Source: an uncultured Rivularia sp.
GTDB lineage: Bacteria > Cyanobacteriota > Cyanobacteriia > Cyanobacteriales > Nostocaceae
Direction: 5' to 3'
Length of the DNA: 64,000 bases
NCBI GenBank assembly: GCA_963665115.1
Contig: OY762007.1
Coordinates: 5,312,001-5,376,000 of the forward strand
Part shown: in pieces, positions 42,680 to 53,593 of the stretch
How the letters are laid out: each line of letters opens with the position of its first letter
Position numbering within the stretch: position 1 is the stretch's first letter
Notes under the pieces: model-generated
Seen by the model: the letters and a program-made list of their open reading frames with translations, nothing else
What the model was told of the DNA's origin: nothing
Database searches by the model: none
Translations under genes and position numbers: made by a program

Positions 42680-43609
42680 TTAATAGTTATATTCGGGTTT
42701 AATATCTCGCTTCATTAAATCCAACAGTGCTTGTCTTGGCGTAACTTCGGCTTGAAGTAAACGATAAACTTCTTGAGTTATCGGCATGGAAATATTTTGT
42801 TGTTTGGCTCGCTGTACTAAAACGGATGCTGTATTTACTCCTTCGGCAGTTTCCTGGAGTTGAGATAATACTTCTGCAAGCGTCTTTCCTTGGGCTAACT
42901 GATATCCGACTTGGTAATTACGACTTAAAGGACTGTTGCAGGTTGCTAAAATATCACCCAAACCGGATAAACCGTAAAAAGTTTCTAGTTTCGCACCCCA
43001 ATGTACGCCGATACGAACCATTTCAGTCAGCCCGCGAGTCAGTAGCGCCGCTTTGGCATTGGTTCCCAACTGCAAACCGTCACATACACCAGCGGCGATC
43101 GCCATCACATTTTTTAAGGTTCCCCCTAATTCCACTCCCAAAGGATCGGAATTTGTATAAACTCGAAATCTAGTTGAATTTAATACTAGCTGCACAGATT
43201 CCGCAGCACTTTCAATATTGCTAGCAACTACAGTCGCTGCTGGTAATTCCTGGGTAATTTCCTTGGATAAATTAGGACCGCATAAAACCACTACTGGATT
43301 ATTAGGAAAACTTTCTTGCCAAATCTGCGAAGGTGTGCAGGTAGTTTGAGGATCTAAACCTTTAGTAGCAGTGACAAAAATAGTTTGAGGAGAAATAGAT
43401 AAAGATTGGAGTTGAGAAGCAACATCTCTAACCCCTTTCATCGAAACAGCACTGAGAATAATATCGGCACCTTCCACCGTTTGTTTTAAAGTTTGCGAGG
43501 CGCGACGCGAGTATATTTTTACATTATGAGCGTTAGTTTGGGCAAGAGTTGCAAGAGCTTTTCCCCAAGCACCCGCACCGAGAATAGCAACTGTTTTTTG
43601 ATTAGTCAT
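42680..43609 (-). CDS. gpsA: NAD(P)H-dependent glycerol-3-phosphate dehydrogenase
   Basis: GAGAWG, TKG, LKNVMAI, GLSGLGD and SRN motifs. Confidence 0.95.
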   Translation of the reverse strand: MTNQKTVAILGAGAWGKALATLAQTNAHNVKIYSRRASQTLKQTVEGADIILSAVSMKGVRDVASQLQSLSISPQTIFVTATKGLDPQTTCTPSQIWQESFPNNPVVVLCGPNLSKEITQELPAATVVASNIESAAESVQLVLNSTRFRVYTNSDPLGVELGGTLKNVMAIAAGVCDGLQLGTNAKAALLTRGLTEMVRIGVHWGAKLETFYGLSGLGDILATCNSPLSRNYQVGYQLAQGKTLAEVLSQLQETAEGVNTASVLVQRAKQQNISMPITQEVYRLLQAEVTPRQALLDLMKRDIKPEYNY

Positions 43610-43784
43610 AAAAATTACGTATGCGACGGTGGGAAATATAGCATTTTAGGTGTTATTTTTCGCCCTCACTCTGGAAGAGTGGGGCTACAATTACAAAGCC
43701 CACCTGCGTGGGCTAAATAGAAAGCATCATTATAAAGAGTTGGTATCAATCTTGTTTTAATTATTTTGACAGCGATTATTATTG

Positions 43785-44405
43785 CTATACCGCACCAGCT
43801 TGAAAGATTTGGTTAGCTGTAAGTTTTAAATCGGGAAAAGTTTGAGAAACAATTAAATCATCATTTTGAAATTTATTTATTCGATATTCCCCATCAACTA
43901 AATTACAGATAGATATTGTTGGTTGTTTGGGATTTCCAATAAAATTACGTCCACCCAACGCTGCATAATCTATAATCCAATATTCTGGAATACCCATTTC
44001 CTCATAGTCAGCATACTTAAAGTAGTAATCATCTCTCCAATTAGTTGATACAACTTCAATTATTAAAGGTATTGATGCAGCACTAGTAAGAGTTGATGCT
44101 TTTTTCCACAATGATTCGTTTATCAAATTTGCGCGATTTAGTACCAGAATATCCGGGAAATAGCCAGTATCTTTTTGAGGAGGTTTGACTATAACTTTAT
44201 TAGGGATACTATAAGATAAATTTAATCGGTCAATTAAAGCACTGAGCTTTATAGTTAGAAATCCTGTAACTTCCTCATGTTCTCCAACTGGTTGCGCCAT
44301 TTCGATGATATTTCCATTGTGTAGTTCGTAGCTAATACCCGAATTTTCAGGTAGCCAATCGATAAATTCTTTAAAGGTTACTAATTTGGGTGGTGCTTGA
44401 GTCAT
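43785..44405 (-). CDS. Uma2 family endonuclease
   Basis: ELHNG, PD, EVVS and GIPEYWIID motifs. Confidence 0.9.
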   Translation of the reverse strand: MTQAPPKLVTFKEFIDWLPENSGISYELHNGNIIEMAQPVGEHEEVTGFLTIKLSALIDRLNLSYSIPNKVIVKPPQKDTGYFPDILVLNRANLINESLWKKASTLTSAASIPLIIEVVSTNWRDDYYFKYADYEEMGIPEYWIIDYAALGGRNFIGNPKQPTISICNLVDGEYRINKFQNDDLIVSQTFPDLKLTANQIFQAGAV

Positions 44406-44534
44406 TGGTGGATAATTAATGCTTTGGAAATATTATCTCTAATTAAAAGGGGTTAGGGACTGCTTTGCTCCGACATAAGCAACCTCTGAACAAGTTTTGC
44501 CTAAATGAAGTTATTAGATAAATAAGTGAATCGC

Positions 44535-44993
44535 TTAGTTCGTACTACTAATGTCTACAATCATTTCCCCTTGTCGTAATCTTTCCAATGCATCGGGTAA
44601 TGTGACAATTAGAAGTTCGCGTAGATAACGATTAGTGACGTTACCACAAGTTAGCCAAATAATTTGGGGTGGTGTGCCTAGCCGACATACTAATACCAAT
44701 TCTGTATGAGGCTGCGCTTAATCACCCACAGCCTAGAAGGCTGAGGCTATAGCAACAAAGCCCACCTACGTGGGCTTAATTCGGCGCATCTTTATAAAGA
44801 AATGGTATAAGTCAACGAAGTCACTATCTTTTGTGATGATGACTGCGTTAACAGTCCGCGCCACTTCAAAAATATCGGTATCTTTTGAGTCTCTTAATCC
44901 AATATCTCGCAGTGCTGAAGCCTCTAAGCTAAAAGTATTTGCGATCCAGTTTGCTAAGGTTGGGGGTAACTGAGCATCAATCCAAATTTTCAT
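44535..44993 (-). pseudogene. DUF5615 PIN-like toxin interrupted by a MITE
   Basis: MKIWIDAQLPP..TKDSDFVDL resumes as VCRLGTPPQIIWLTCGN after the insert. Confidence 0.85.
44694..44807. mobile_element. 114-bp MITE with TAA target duplication
   Basis: Imperfect 24-bp TIRs TACCAATTCTGTATGAGGCTGCGC / GCGCATCTTTATAAAGAAATGGTA; TAA at 44691-93 and 44808-10. Confidence 0.85.
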
Positions 44994-45214
44994 GCAGTCA
45001 AACGAGAGAAATCAGTGCGTCGTGCAGCAAACAGTAGACAAGCTTGGATATTTTCAGGTTCTAGATCGGGAAAGTCTTCTAAAATTTCAGTAGTACTAAC
45101 ATTTTCTGCCAACATTTATAAAATATCGCTTACCCTAATTCTCATACCTCGAATGCAAGGGCGACCACCGCACTGACCGGGTATTTGGGTAATCCGAGTT
45201 AATAAGTTATTCAT
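44990..45214 (-). pseudogene. DUF433 antitoxin with a nonsense codon
   Basis: CGGRPCIRGMRIRVSDIL*MLA..EILEDFPDL; TAA where Glu is expected; ATGA overlap with the toxin. Confidence 0.85.
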
Positions 45215-45497
45215 CGAATGCCTCAAGGTGAGATTCTCTTATCATACAAAAGTGGTGCGGCGTTGCGGAATAAGTTCCAAATTTTACAAAAAAGGCAGTC
45301 GGCAATCGGCAGTCGGCAGTGGGTAAGAAGTATCAATTTAAACTTTAGTTCTGAGTTTAAAGCTCAGTAAAAATAAATAATTATACAGAGGCTGCTTGCA
45401 GCGAGGTATAAAACGTCAATTTTTCAATCTCACTCTTTTAAGGGTGAGTCACTACTGCCCACTGCCTACTGCCTATGAACTTTGGGGGATTTTGCTG

Positions 45498-45719
45498 ATG
45501 AGCCGAGTTAACTATAATGCAATGTCCGATGCTGAGTTAAAACAGTATTTTCTTAAACATCGTGGAGATGAAATTGCTTTTCAAGCATATTTAGAGAGAA
45601 TCAATCAACGTCCGTTGAGAATTATTGCAAGTGCGGGTGATGCTGATTTTGATGATAAAGTTCAAGCGGCAATTCGTCAAAAGTTAGAAGCTGCGAGGAT
45701 AAGTAGAAATCAGCAATAA
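45498..45719 (+). CDS. Small hypothetical protein (DUF6887-like)
   Basis: NYNAMSDAELKQYFLKHR.DE.AF motif. Confidence 0.6.
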   Translation: MSRVNYNAMSDAELKQYFLKHRGDEIAFQAYLERINQRPLRIIASAGDADFDDKVQAAIRQKLEAARISRNQQ

Positions 45720-45799
45720 GAATGTTAAGTGAAAAGCGATTGATTAAGAGTAAAACAGTGGCGATCGCTTAAAATTTATGTCTTCCTTCACAGCGTGTT

Positions 45800-46006
45800 G
45801 TGCATAGCAACCCTGAAATATTAGGGGGAACACCTGTATTTATTGGCACTCGCGTACTGATTAAAACTTTACTTGATTATCTGGAAGCGGGTGACTCTTT
45901 GAATGAATTTATTGACCATTTCCCAAGCGTTAGTCGGGAGCAAGCAGTTGAAGCGCTGGGATTAGTAAAGGAAATAACCAATTTCCAAATACATGACATC
46001 AAATAA
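45800..46006 (+). CDS. Orphan DUF433 protein (5' end possibly frameshifted from ATG 45778)
   Basis: PEILGGTPVFIGTRV..LEAG..FP motif; no toxin partner downstream. Confidence 0.7.
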   Translation: MHSNPEILGGTPVFIGTRVLIKTLLDYLEAGDSLNEFIDHFPSVSREQAVEALGLVKEITNFQIHDIK

Positions 46007-46754
46007 AATTTTTATTCCATTAATATCTCTCATTTTATTAATGCTTGGAAGTTCAATTGTTTTAAATATCATTCTCTATAATCAAGCTAAAAAATATTAC
46101 CTCCAGGTTAATGAAACTCGTTTAGATCCTTTTGGGTTAAGTCACTATCCCGTAAATCTCAATAAATCTACCGACGAAGATAAAATCCGTGTAGTTTTCT
46201 TCGGTGACTCCAGAGCGGATGGTTGGATATCGCCTAAAATCGATGGATATGAGTTTATCAATCGTGGAATTCATGCTCAAACTTCGGTGCAGACACTTGA
46301 GCGGTTTGAATATCACGTTAATTCTTTGCAACCTAATATAATAATTATCCAAGTTGGTGTTAACGATTTGAAAACTATTGCTTTGTTTCCAGAGCGTAGA
46401 AATTCAATTGTTGCTAATTGTCGAGCAAATCTTAAGCAAATTGTAGATGAATCTAAAGAATTAGGTGCAACAGTCATTTTAACTACTATTTTTCCGGTGG
46501 GGGAAGCACCACTTCAACGCAAGCCTTTTTGGTCGGATGATATACAATCGGCAGTTAATGATGTGAATGATTATATAGCGACATTAGCTGAAGACAAGGT
46601 GATTATATTTGATAGTTTCTCGATTCTTGCCAATAGTCAAGGAATGATGTTGCAGGAATATGCTTTGGACGAATTACATTTGAATAATCTGGGATATGAA
46701 ATACTTAATAAAGAACTGGTGCAGCTACTTAATAAGATAACTAAAACAAATTAA
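45993..46754 (+). CDS. SGNH/GDSL hydrolase, membrane anchored
   Basis: FFGDS, NRG, GVND and DELH blocks. Confidence 0.88.
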   Translation: MTSNKIFIPLISLILLMLGSSIVLNIILYNQAKKYYLQVNETRLDPFGLSHYPVNLNKSTDEDKIRVVFFGDSRADGWISPKIDGYEFINRGIHAQTSVQTLERFEYHVNSLQPNIIIIQVGVNDLKTIALFPERRNSIVANCRANLKQIVDESKELGATVILTTIFPVGEAPLQRKPFWSDDIQSAVNDVNDYIATLAEDKVIIFDSFSILANSQGMMLQEYALDELHLNNLGYEILNKELVQLLNKITKTN

Positions 46755-47049
46755 TCGCCCTTTTTTATTAGCAAACCCGAACTTTACAAGATTTAATCGG
46801 GGCGTTGCTTTTCATCATCTTAAACCGAGTGTTTGCAGATAATAAAAAGGTAATTCATTGGGTACGAATGCTTTCAGAAAAATTTTGGATTGTCTCAGAT
46901 TATACGAGCTTGGTATGGCGTAACTAAGAGTTTAGAGAGGTTTGCACAAAAGCATTTCCAGCCCTTTCGCCATTTCCGAAACCAGATAGGTTAATGATGC
47001 TAGCTTTGGATCTTTATGTAAAAAAGCCTTAGTTTTAAATTTAATAGAC

Positions 47050-47261
47050 GTGAATCCATTAACGTTTAGCTCGTTTGTCTCTCAAAATTCGTCAAATATG
47101 ATAGACAAAACTTTTTGATGTGAATGGGTTAACGTCAAACTAGTTTGTCTCTCAAAATCAGCCAAATATGATAGACAAAGCATTTTGATGTGAATCTGTT
47201 AACGTCAAATTAGTTTGTCCTTCAAATTTCAATATTTATTGAACTCTAATAACTTTGATGT
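47050..47261. repeat. Three tandem 70-bp units, each with two inverted repeats, upstream of the Fic gene
   Basis: TGAAT at 47051, 47121, 47191; TTGATGT at 47115, 47185, 47255. Confidence 0.9.
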
Positions 47262-47313
47262 AAAAATATCATTGAATATTAATATCTAATTCAAACTCAT
47301 GGGGTCGAGAGTT

Positions 47314-48435
47314 ATGGTTCTTAAGTTTGATAATGCGGTGGATTATCATTACGATAAATTTCCTCCAAATACCCTTGATTACGGAAAATTTGTAGAGTCA
47401 TTAGTAAAAGCGACTGATGCTGTGGCTCGGTATGACCAGATGCTGAAAAATATGCACAACAGTGAAATACTGTTAGCACCTTTAAGAAACCGAGAAGCAG
47501 TTATATCTTCGAGAATTGAAGGAACTGTTAGTACGATGGATGAAATTCTTAAGTACGAGGCAGATAGCGATGATGAATCAGGAGTTACCTCAAACGTTAG
47601 ATTGGAAGTTATTGAAACTATTCTTTACCAAAGAGCGCTCAAAGCAGCCCAAAGAACTATAGAAGATGGTTATCCGCTATCGCAACATTTAATAAAAGCA
47701 ATTCATCAAGAGTTATTATCTATTGGTCGGGGAAAATCAAAATCACCCGGTGAATTTAAAAATGAACAAAATTATCTCGCCGATACCTTGACAAGAAACG
47801 TATTATTCATCCCTATTAGTCCTGAAAAGCTACAGGATGGATTGGATAAACTGTTTCAATATATCGAGCAAAGTACGCATACTACATTAGTTAAAACGGC
47901 TATTACGCATGTTGAATTTGAAGCGCTGCATCCATTCCAAGATGGAAATGGACGCATCGGCAGAATGCTGATTACGTTAATGCTATGGTCTTTTGGAGCA
48001 ATATCAAAACCTCATTTTTATATTAGTGGATATTTGGAAGATAACAAAAATCTGTACACAGATACAATGAGAAATGTTTCTATAAATAATGACTGGGAAG
48101 GATGGTGCAAATTTTTTCTAGAAGCTATTGAGCAGCAAGGAATCAGAAATCTTACGATTGCAGAAAATATACAAGGCTTGTATGAAGAAATGAAAGTTGT
48201 ATTTTCGGATGTATTAAACTCAAAATGGAGTATACATGCTCTTGATTACGTGTTTACAAATCCGATATTTAGGAATAACAAATTTACAGCAAAAAGCGGT
48301 ATTCCAACAGCTAGCGCTGCAAGATTTACCAGGATATTGCTAGAAAATAATCTTCTAAATATAGTGGAAGAAGCATCTGGAAGAAAAGCAGCACTATATT
48401 CTTTTGAACGGTTAATGAAACTTGTTAGGGTTTAG
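47314..48435 (+). CDS. Fic family protein (class II-type AMPylase, probable C-terminal HTH)
   Basis: HPFQDGNGRIGR Fic motif; inhibitory SSRIEG motif in the N-terminal part. Confidence 0.92.
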   Translation: MVLKFDNAVDYHYDKFPPNTLDYGKFVESLVKATDAVARYDQMLKNMHNSEILLAPLRNREAVISSRIEGTVSTMDEILKYEADSDDESGVTSNVRLEVIETILYQRALKAAQRTIEDGYPLSQHLIKAIHQELLSIGRGKSKSPGEFKNEQNYLADTLTRNVLFIPISPEKLQDGLDKLFQYIEQSTHTTLVKTAITHVEFEALHPFQDGNGRIGRMLITLMLWSFGAISKPHFYISGYLEDNKNLYTDTMRNVSINNDWEGWCKFFLEAIEQQGIRNLTIAENIQGLYEEMKVVFSDVLNSKWSIHALDYVFTNPIFRNNKFTAKSGIPTASAARFTRILLENNLLNIVEEASGRKAALYSFERLMKLVRV

Positions 48436-48440
48436 TTGTG

Positions 48441-48816
48441 ATGACAACCGAGCTAATGATCAATTTTATCTCAGGTCATCTTGATTTAACTCAAGAAGAA
48501 TTTGACGAACATTGTCGCCATCAAATTAATAATGCTCTAGAAAAAAATCAAAGTTTTGTTGTTGGAGATGCTGTCTTGTGCAGATACGTTAGCACAGCAA
48601 TATCTTTTTGGTAAAACAAAGGCAGTTGTGGTTTATCATATGTTTGAAAGTTCTTGGTTCGGGATGCGGGGTTTCCTACTCGCGGGGAATTTCAAAGTGA
48701 TGCAGAACGCTATGAACAAATGAAGCGGGATTCTCCTTGCTGATATTGCTTGGGTAAAATCGGGTAGAAAAAAGTCTGGAACTCAGAAGAATCTAGATAG
48801 ACGGAATCGAATTTAA
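48441..48816 (+). pseudogene. Multiply frameshifted small protein, SLOG/YspA-like
   Basis: Fragments FISGHLDL, FVVGDA, ADTLAQQYL, DIAWV..SGTQKNLDRR in different frames. Confidence 0.55.
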
Positions 48817-48854
48817 TTCATAATTGATACATTTACTATCGATCAGTTAATCTT

Positions 48855-49574
48855 ATGTCGGCGAAATTTTATCAGCCTTATCAACCATTATTGTTACGTA
48901 TTCTTCACGGTTTAATTGGCTTATTTACGATTTTAGCCATTATTACTGCTTTTTGGACTTACGATATTTATGATGCACGTTGGGGGACAATTTCGCTACC
49001 TAAATTTACAGAGATTGAAGGTATTCATGGGACGTTTGGATTGTGGACTTTACTAATTTTTCCTCTATTTGTTATCTATGCTTTTCATCGAGGTCAAAGA
49101 AGATTAATTCAGTCAGATTCGTTGAATGCACTAACTAAATTTGCAAAACCAATTTGGTGGTATACTCTGCATCGCTTAATTAATACTTTGAGTATTTTGA
49201 CTGTTACTTTTGCTGTTTTTTCTGGCAAGATGATGGATGAAAAGTGGCTTCCTCAAGGAGAACTTAATCACTCCTGGTACTATGCTCATCTTTTTTCTTG
49301 GCTTGTTTTAGTAACTTGTATCGCTCTTCATGTATCGATGAGTATTAAGCTTGGAAGTGTACCTTTAATTTTATCAATGCTGAATCTACAGTTTCGTAGT
49401 CAAGATAATCCAAATTTGTGGCGCAAAAATTTTGATAATTGGCGTTCTAATTTTGAGATGGTGATGGTTAAGGAATGGCTATCATCTCTTTCTTTACTTA
49501 AGATTATAGAAATTTTTGTATTATTTTCTATTGTTTTAAGTTGGATAATTTCGTTGATTAAAGAAATTGGCTAA
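48855..49574 (+). CDS. Cytochrome b/b6-domain membrane protein
   Basis: RILH, IHG, AH..LH heme-ligand histidines in TM helices. Confidence 0.8.
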   Translation: MSAKFYQPYQPLLLRILHGLIGLFTILAIITAFWTYDIYDARWGTISLPKFTEIEGIHGTFGLWTLLIFPLFVIYAFHRGQRRLIQSDSLNALTKFAKPIWWYTLHRLINTLSILTVTFAVFSGKMMDEKWLPQGELNHSWYYAHLFSWLVLVTCIALHVSMSIKLGSVPLILSMLNLQFRSQDNPNLWRKNFDNWRSNFEMVMVKEWLSSLSLLKIIEIFVLFSIVLSWIISLIKEIG

Positions 49575-49653
49575 TTATTTGTGTAATTTATAGTTTAATT
49601 AATTTATATGTTTTACTGTTTCTCTGTTAACTTTTAAATAATTACTTGAATAT

Positions 49654-50779
49654 ATGGATCAATATTTTGCAACGGTTGCTCGTGGATTGGAAGAACTTGC
49701 AGCTAAAGAGTTAGAGCAATTGGGTGGGAAGTCTGTAGAGCCTGGGTTTTGCGGCGTGGAATTTAGTGGCGATCTCACTCTACTTTATCGGGTAAATCTC
49801 TGGGCTAGGCTACCATTCCGAATTTTATTCAAGGTGCATTATTTTCCTTGCAAAACCTCAAAAGACCTTTATAACGGTATTCAAACTATTGAATGGCAAG
49901 ATTATCTCACGCCAGAAGATACGTTAGCGGTAAACTCTACTGGTAAAAATGACGAACTCAACCACACTCACTTTACAGCGCTTCAGGTGAAAAACGCCAT
50001 AGTTGACCAGCAGCAGGAAGTTTTTGGGGAACGTTCTAATGTTGAGCTTTACAATCCAGATTTACGGGTTAACGTACATATCCGTAATGATTTTTGTACT
50101 GTTAGTCTTGATAGCTCCGGTACTAGTTTACACCGTCGGGGTTATCGTCCAGCGGTTGGAGCGGCTCCTTTGAAGGAATCTCTAGCGGCTGCTTTAATTC
50201 AGCTTTCTGGCTGGCAACCGGAACAAATGTTCTACGATCCACTTTGCGGTTTCCGGTACTCTACCGATAGAAGCTTGTTTAAAGTCATTGAATATTGCAC
50301 CGGGTTTATTCCGAGAATCTTTTGGTTTTGAAACCTGGAGAGATTTTGATTTGTCGCTTTTGGAAAAGTTAATCGCGGAAGCGGAAGCTTGTCAATTAGA
50401 TACACTTCCTGCATCGATTTGGGGAAGCGATAATAATGAAGATGTTATCGAGCAAGCAAATATTAATGCGACAAATAGCGGTGTTGAAAATCATATTTAT
50501 TTTTCACAAATGGAGCTTGCTGAAGTTGCAGCACCCGCAGATAGTGGGGTTTTGTTCTGCAATCCACCTTATGGGGAACGTTTAGGAAGAGATAGCGATT
50601 TAGGGTTATTTTATAAGCTTTTGGGTGATGTGATGAAGCAGCGTTTTAAGGGTTGGACTGCATTCATATTGAGTGGAAATAAGGAATTGGCTAAATATAT
50701 AGGATTGAAATCATCGCAGCGGATTGCGGTATATAACGGGACTTTACCCTGTCAGTTGATGAAATATGAATTGTATTAG
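49654..50779 (+). CDS. THUMP-domain RNA methyltransferase (RlmL-like), +1 frameshift at about 50250-50252
   Basis: LHRRGYR, APLKESLAA, NPPYGERL; DPLCGSGT is restored by deleting one T. Confidence 0.85.
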
Positions 50780-50981
50780 CAATACTAGGCTATTTTTTCA
50801 GCCTCAGAGCGCAGAGTTTTTAAACTTATTTGTTAAGTTAAGTAATTATTACCAAAAAAAGTAACCAATATTACTATTAATTACGTTTAAATTATTAGTC
50901 CATTTTAACGGACTTTTGCTATTAGCTGGGGGTTTGCAACCCCCAGTGGATATAAGCATAGTTGAATAATTAAAATATCGA

Positions 50982-51755
50982 TTACCGCATAAAACCCGCA
51001 AAAGGACAGCGACTAACTTGTGAATTTACGGTTGTTGGTTTTAATTTTGGTTGAAATAAATTCTTGATAAAACCCCAAAATTTCTGTTGTAAAGAAGAAG
51101 ATGAATTTTTACCACCTGATGTAAGTTTATCTAAAAATTGATTATTGTCATAATAGTGTTCTAATGACAATATTTTCAAATCATCATTCACTTTAACAAT
51201 ACTCATGCCAATTACTTCAATTTTTTCTTCCGTGGGAAGATAATCTTTATAAGCTCCTCGGAAATGTCCCCAATGTCTCCATTTAACAGTAATTGTTGGT
51301 GGTGCGGAATATACTTCTAATACTTCCCATAAAAAGCCTTCGGGGAATGCTGAATGAAAAAGATGAGTGGAAGTTTCAAAGTCTTCTTCTGATGCTTTGT
51401 AATGTTCGGTGTTACCAATTAATAATTTATAGGTACCGGAATCTAGTAAATCTTCTAATTTATAGTTAGTTCCACCGTTGGTACTCATGCGAAACTTATC
51501 TTGTACGACGGATATCCACTGTTGAGGATTGGTTTTGAAATTGGCTTCAACATCGAATGTTCTGACTAAGTTTTGTACGAGTGCTTCTAATGAATTTTGG
51601 GGATGATTTTGAGTGCTTTCTGTAGCTAATTTTTCGTTAGAGTAAGTATAATCTGGTTGTTTACCATAACGCCACTGTACGTTTTTATCGGACTTTAATA
51701 CGGTGTCGCGATTTTGTACCCAGAGCGGTAGTTTTTCGGTGTTGATAGGATTCAT
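50982..51755 (-). CDS. Pathogenesis-related / SnoaL-like family protein
   Basis: WRYG..PDY, FPEGFLWEVLEVYS.PP, KWRHWG and CPF motifs. Confidence 0.75.
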   Translation of the reverse strand: MNPINTEKLPLWVQNRDTVLKSDKNVQWRYGKQPDYTYSNEKLATESTQNHPQNSLEALVQNLVRTFDVEANFKTNPQQWISVVQDKFRMSTNGGTNYKLEDLLDSGTYKLLIGNTEHYKASEEDFETSTHLFHSAFPEGFLWEVLEVYSAPPTITVKWRHWGHFRGAYKDYLPTEEKIEVIGMSIVKVNDDLKILSLEHYYDNNQFLDKLTSGGKNSSSSLQQKFWGFIKNLFQPKLKPTTVNSQVSRCPFAGFMR

Positions 51756-53593
51756 AATTGCCTCTTACAAGCTATAAAGGAATACTGATAAATTACAAAT
51801 TGGCAAATAAATCGTATATTTGGCAGCAGTTGATACAGCGCTTTAATTATTTGGGAATAATCTAATTAATAACTGCAATCTGCTGTATTTGTAATTTCAT
51901 CTATAAGCATGATGTCATTTATTAATTTTCAGTACCAGGGAAGTTCGGGAAGTTAAGGAAATAAGTTATTTATATTCAATAAAAATCTCATCTCATCCCA
52001 TCCTCTTTCCTTTTTAAGGAGAGGGAAAGGGGGTGAGGTTAAAATCCATAACTTCTATATTAAATATAATTATGACGGGACAAAAAAGAGGTAGAGGAGT
52101 TGTTTTAACAAGTGAAGGATGGGATAAACTACAAAAAGCTTTACAAGAATGGGAAAATAAAACTAATTCTGATAAACCATTAACTATTGAGGCTTTAATT
52201 GAAATTACTCAATTAGATCCAGCTACAATTTCTAAAGTTTTACGTCGAGAGGTTGGAGTTGATAGACGTACTTTAGAAAGATTTTATCGTAGTTTTAATT
52301 TGGAGTTGGATAAACATGATTATACAAAGTTGAATTTAAGAAATAAACATAAAAAACATAAGCATTTTTGCAGTGAAGCACCGGATGTTTCTATTTTTTA
52401 CGGACGTACTGAAGAATTAAATATATTACAAAAGTGGATTATAACTGATTGCTGTCGTTTAATTACATTAGTAGGAATTGGTGGTATAGGGAAAACAAGT
52501 TTATCTGCTAAATTAATTCAAAATTTCAGAGATAATTTTGATTTTACAATTTGGTTTTCTTTGCGAAATGCTCCACCACCTTTAGAAATCATTACTAATT
52601 TATTACAAGTTTTATCGAATGGGGAAGAAATTGATTTAACTAAAAATATTACTTTGTTAATCAATAAATTACTTAGTTCTCTACAAAATCAACGCTGCTT
52701 ATTAGTTTTCGATAATGTTGATGCTGTTTTTTGTGATAGTAAAATTGCAGGGAATTATCTAGAAGGGTATGAGGGTTATAGTGAGCTTTTTCAAAAATTA
52801 GGTGAAACACAACATCAAAGTTGCCTGTTAATTACTTCTAGAGAAAAGCCAAAAGAAATTGCTGCTATTGAAGGGAAGGAATTACCCGTTCGTTATTTAC
52901 AAATGAATGGTTTGGGAATTCCGGAAGTTAAGGAAATTTTTAAAGCAAAAGGAATTAATAATACTATAGATTCAGATTGGGAACAGTTAACTATTAATTA
53001 TGCTGGAAATCCTCTATATCTGAAATTTATCGCTACTACAGTAATAGAATTATTTGATGGGAATATTTCTGATTTTATCGCTCAAGGAAGTACGGTATTC
53101 GGTGATGTTCGCAATCTGATAGCACAGCAATTTAATCGTTCATCGGAATTAGAAAAATCGTTATTATATCGGTTAGCGATTCATCAAGGTGCTGTCGTTC
53201 TAAAAGAACTGGACGATTTTAATCAAAATCAGTCATTTCACTTATTAGAAATACTAGAATCATTAAATCGTCGTTCGCTGATTGAGAAAAATAATTCTAA
53301 ATTCTCGCTTCAACCAGTAGTCATGGAATATGTGACTATAAATTTCATCGACAAAATATATCAAGAAATTATTTCTGGGGATATTTCATTATTCAAGAGT
53401 CATGCTTTACTAAAAGCTACTTCACCGGATTATATTCAAGATATACAAAAACGTTTAATTATTAAACCAATTATTGAACGTTTAGAAATGTTTTTCGGAA
53501 ATAACAATCAAATTGAAACTCATTTAATTAATATTTTAGATGATTTTCGAGGTAGAACGCAGTATTTTACAGGTTATGTTATTGGAAATATAA

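Noticed and set aside
47050..47261. CRISPR array
   Set aside because: Units are similar along their whole length, with no unique spacers and no cas genes in the window.
52033..52071. GTG start of the STAND gene given in the ORF track
   Set aside because: It lies within a dispersed repeat end (GGGGTGAGGTT); ATG 52072 is more plausible.
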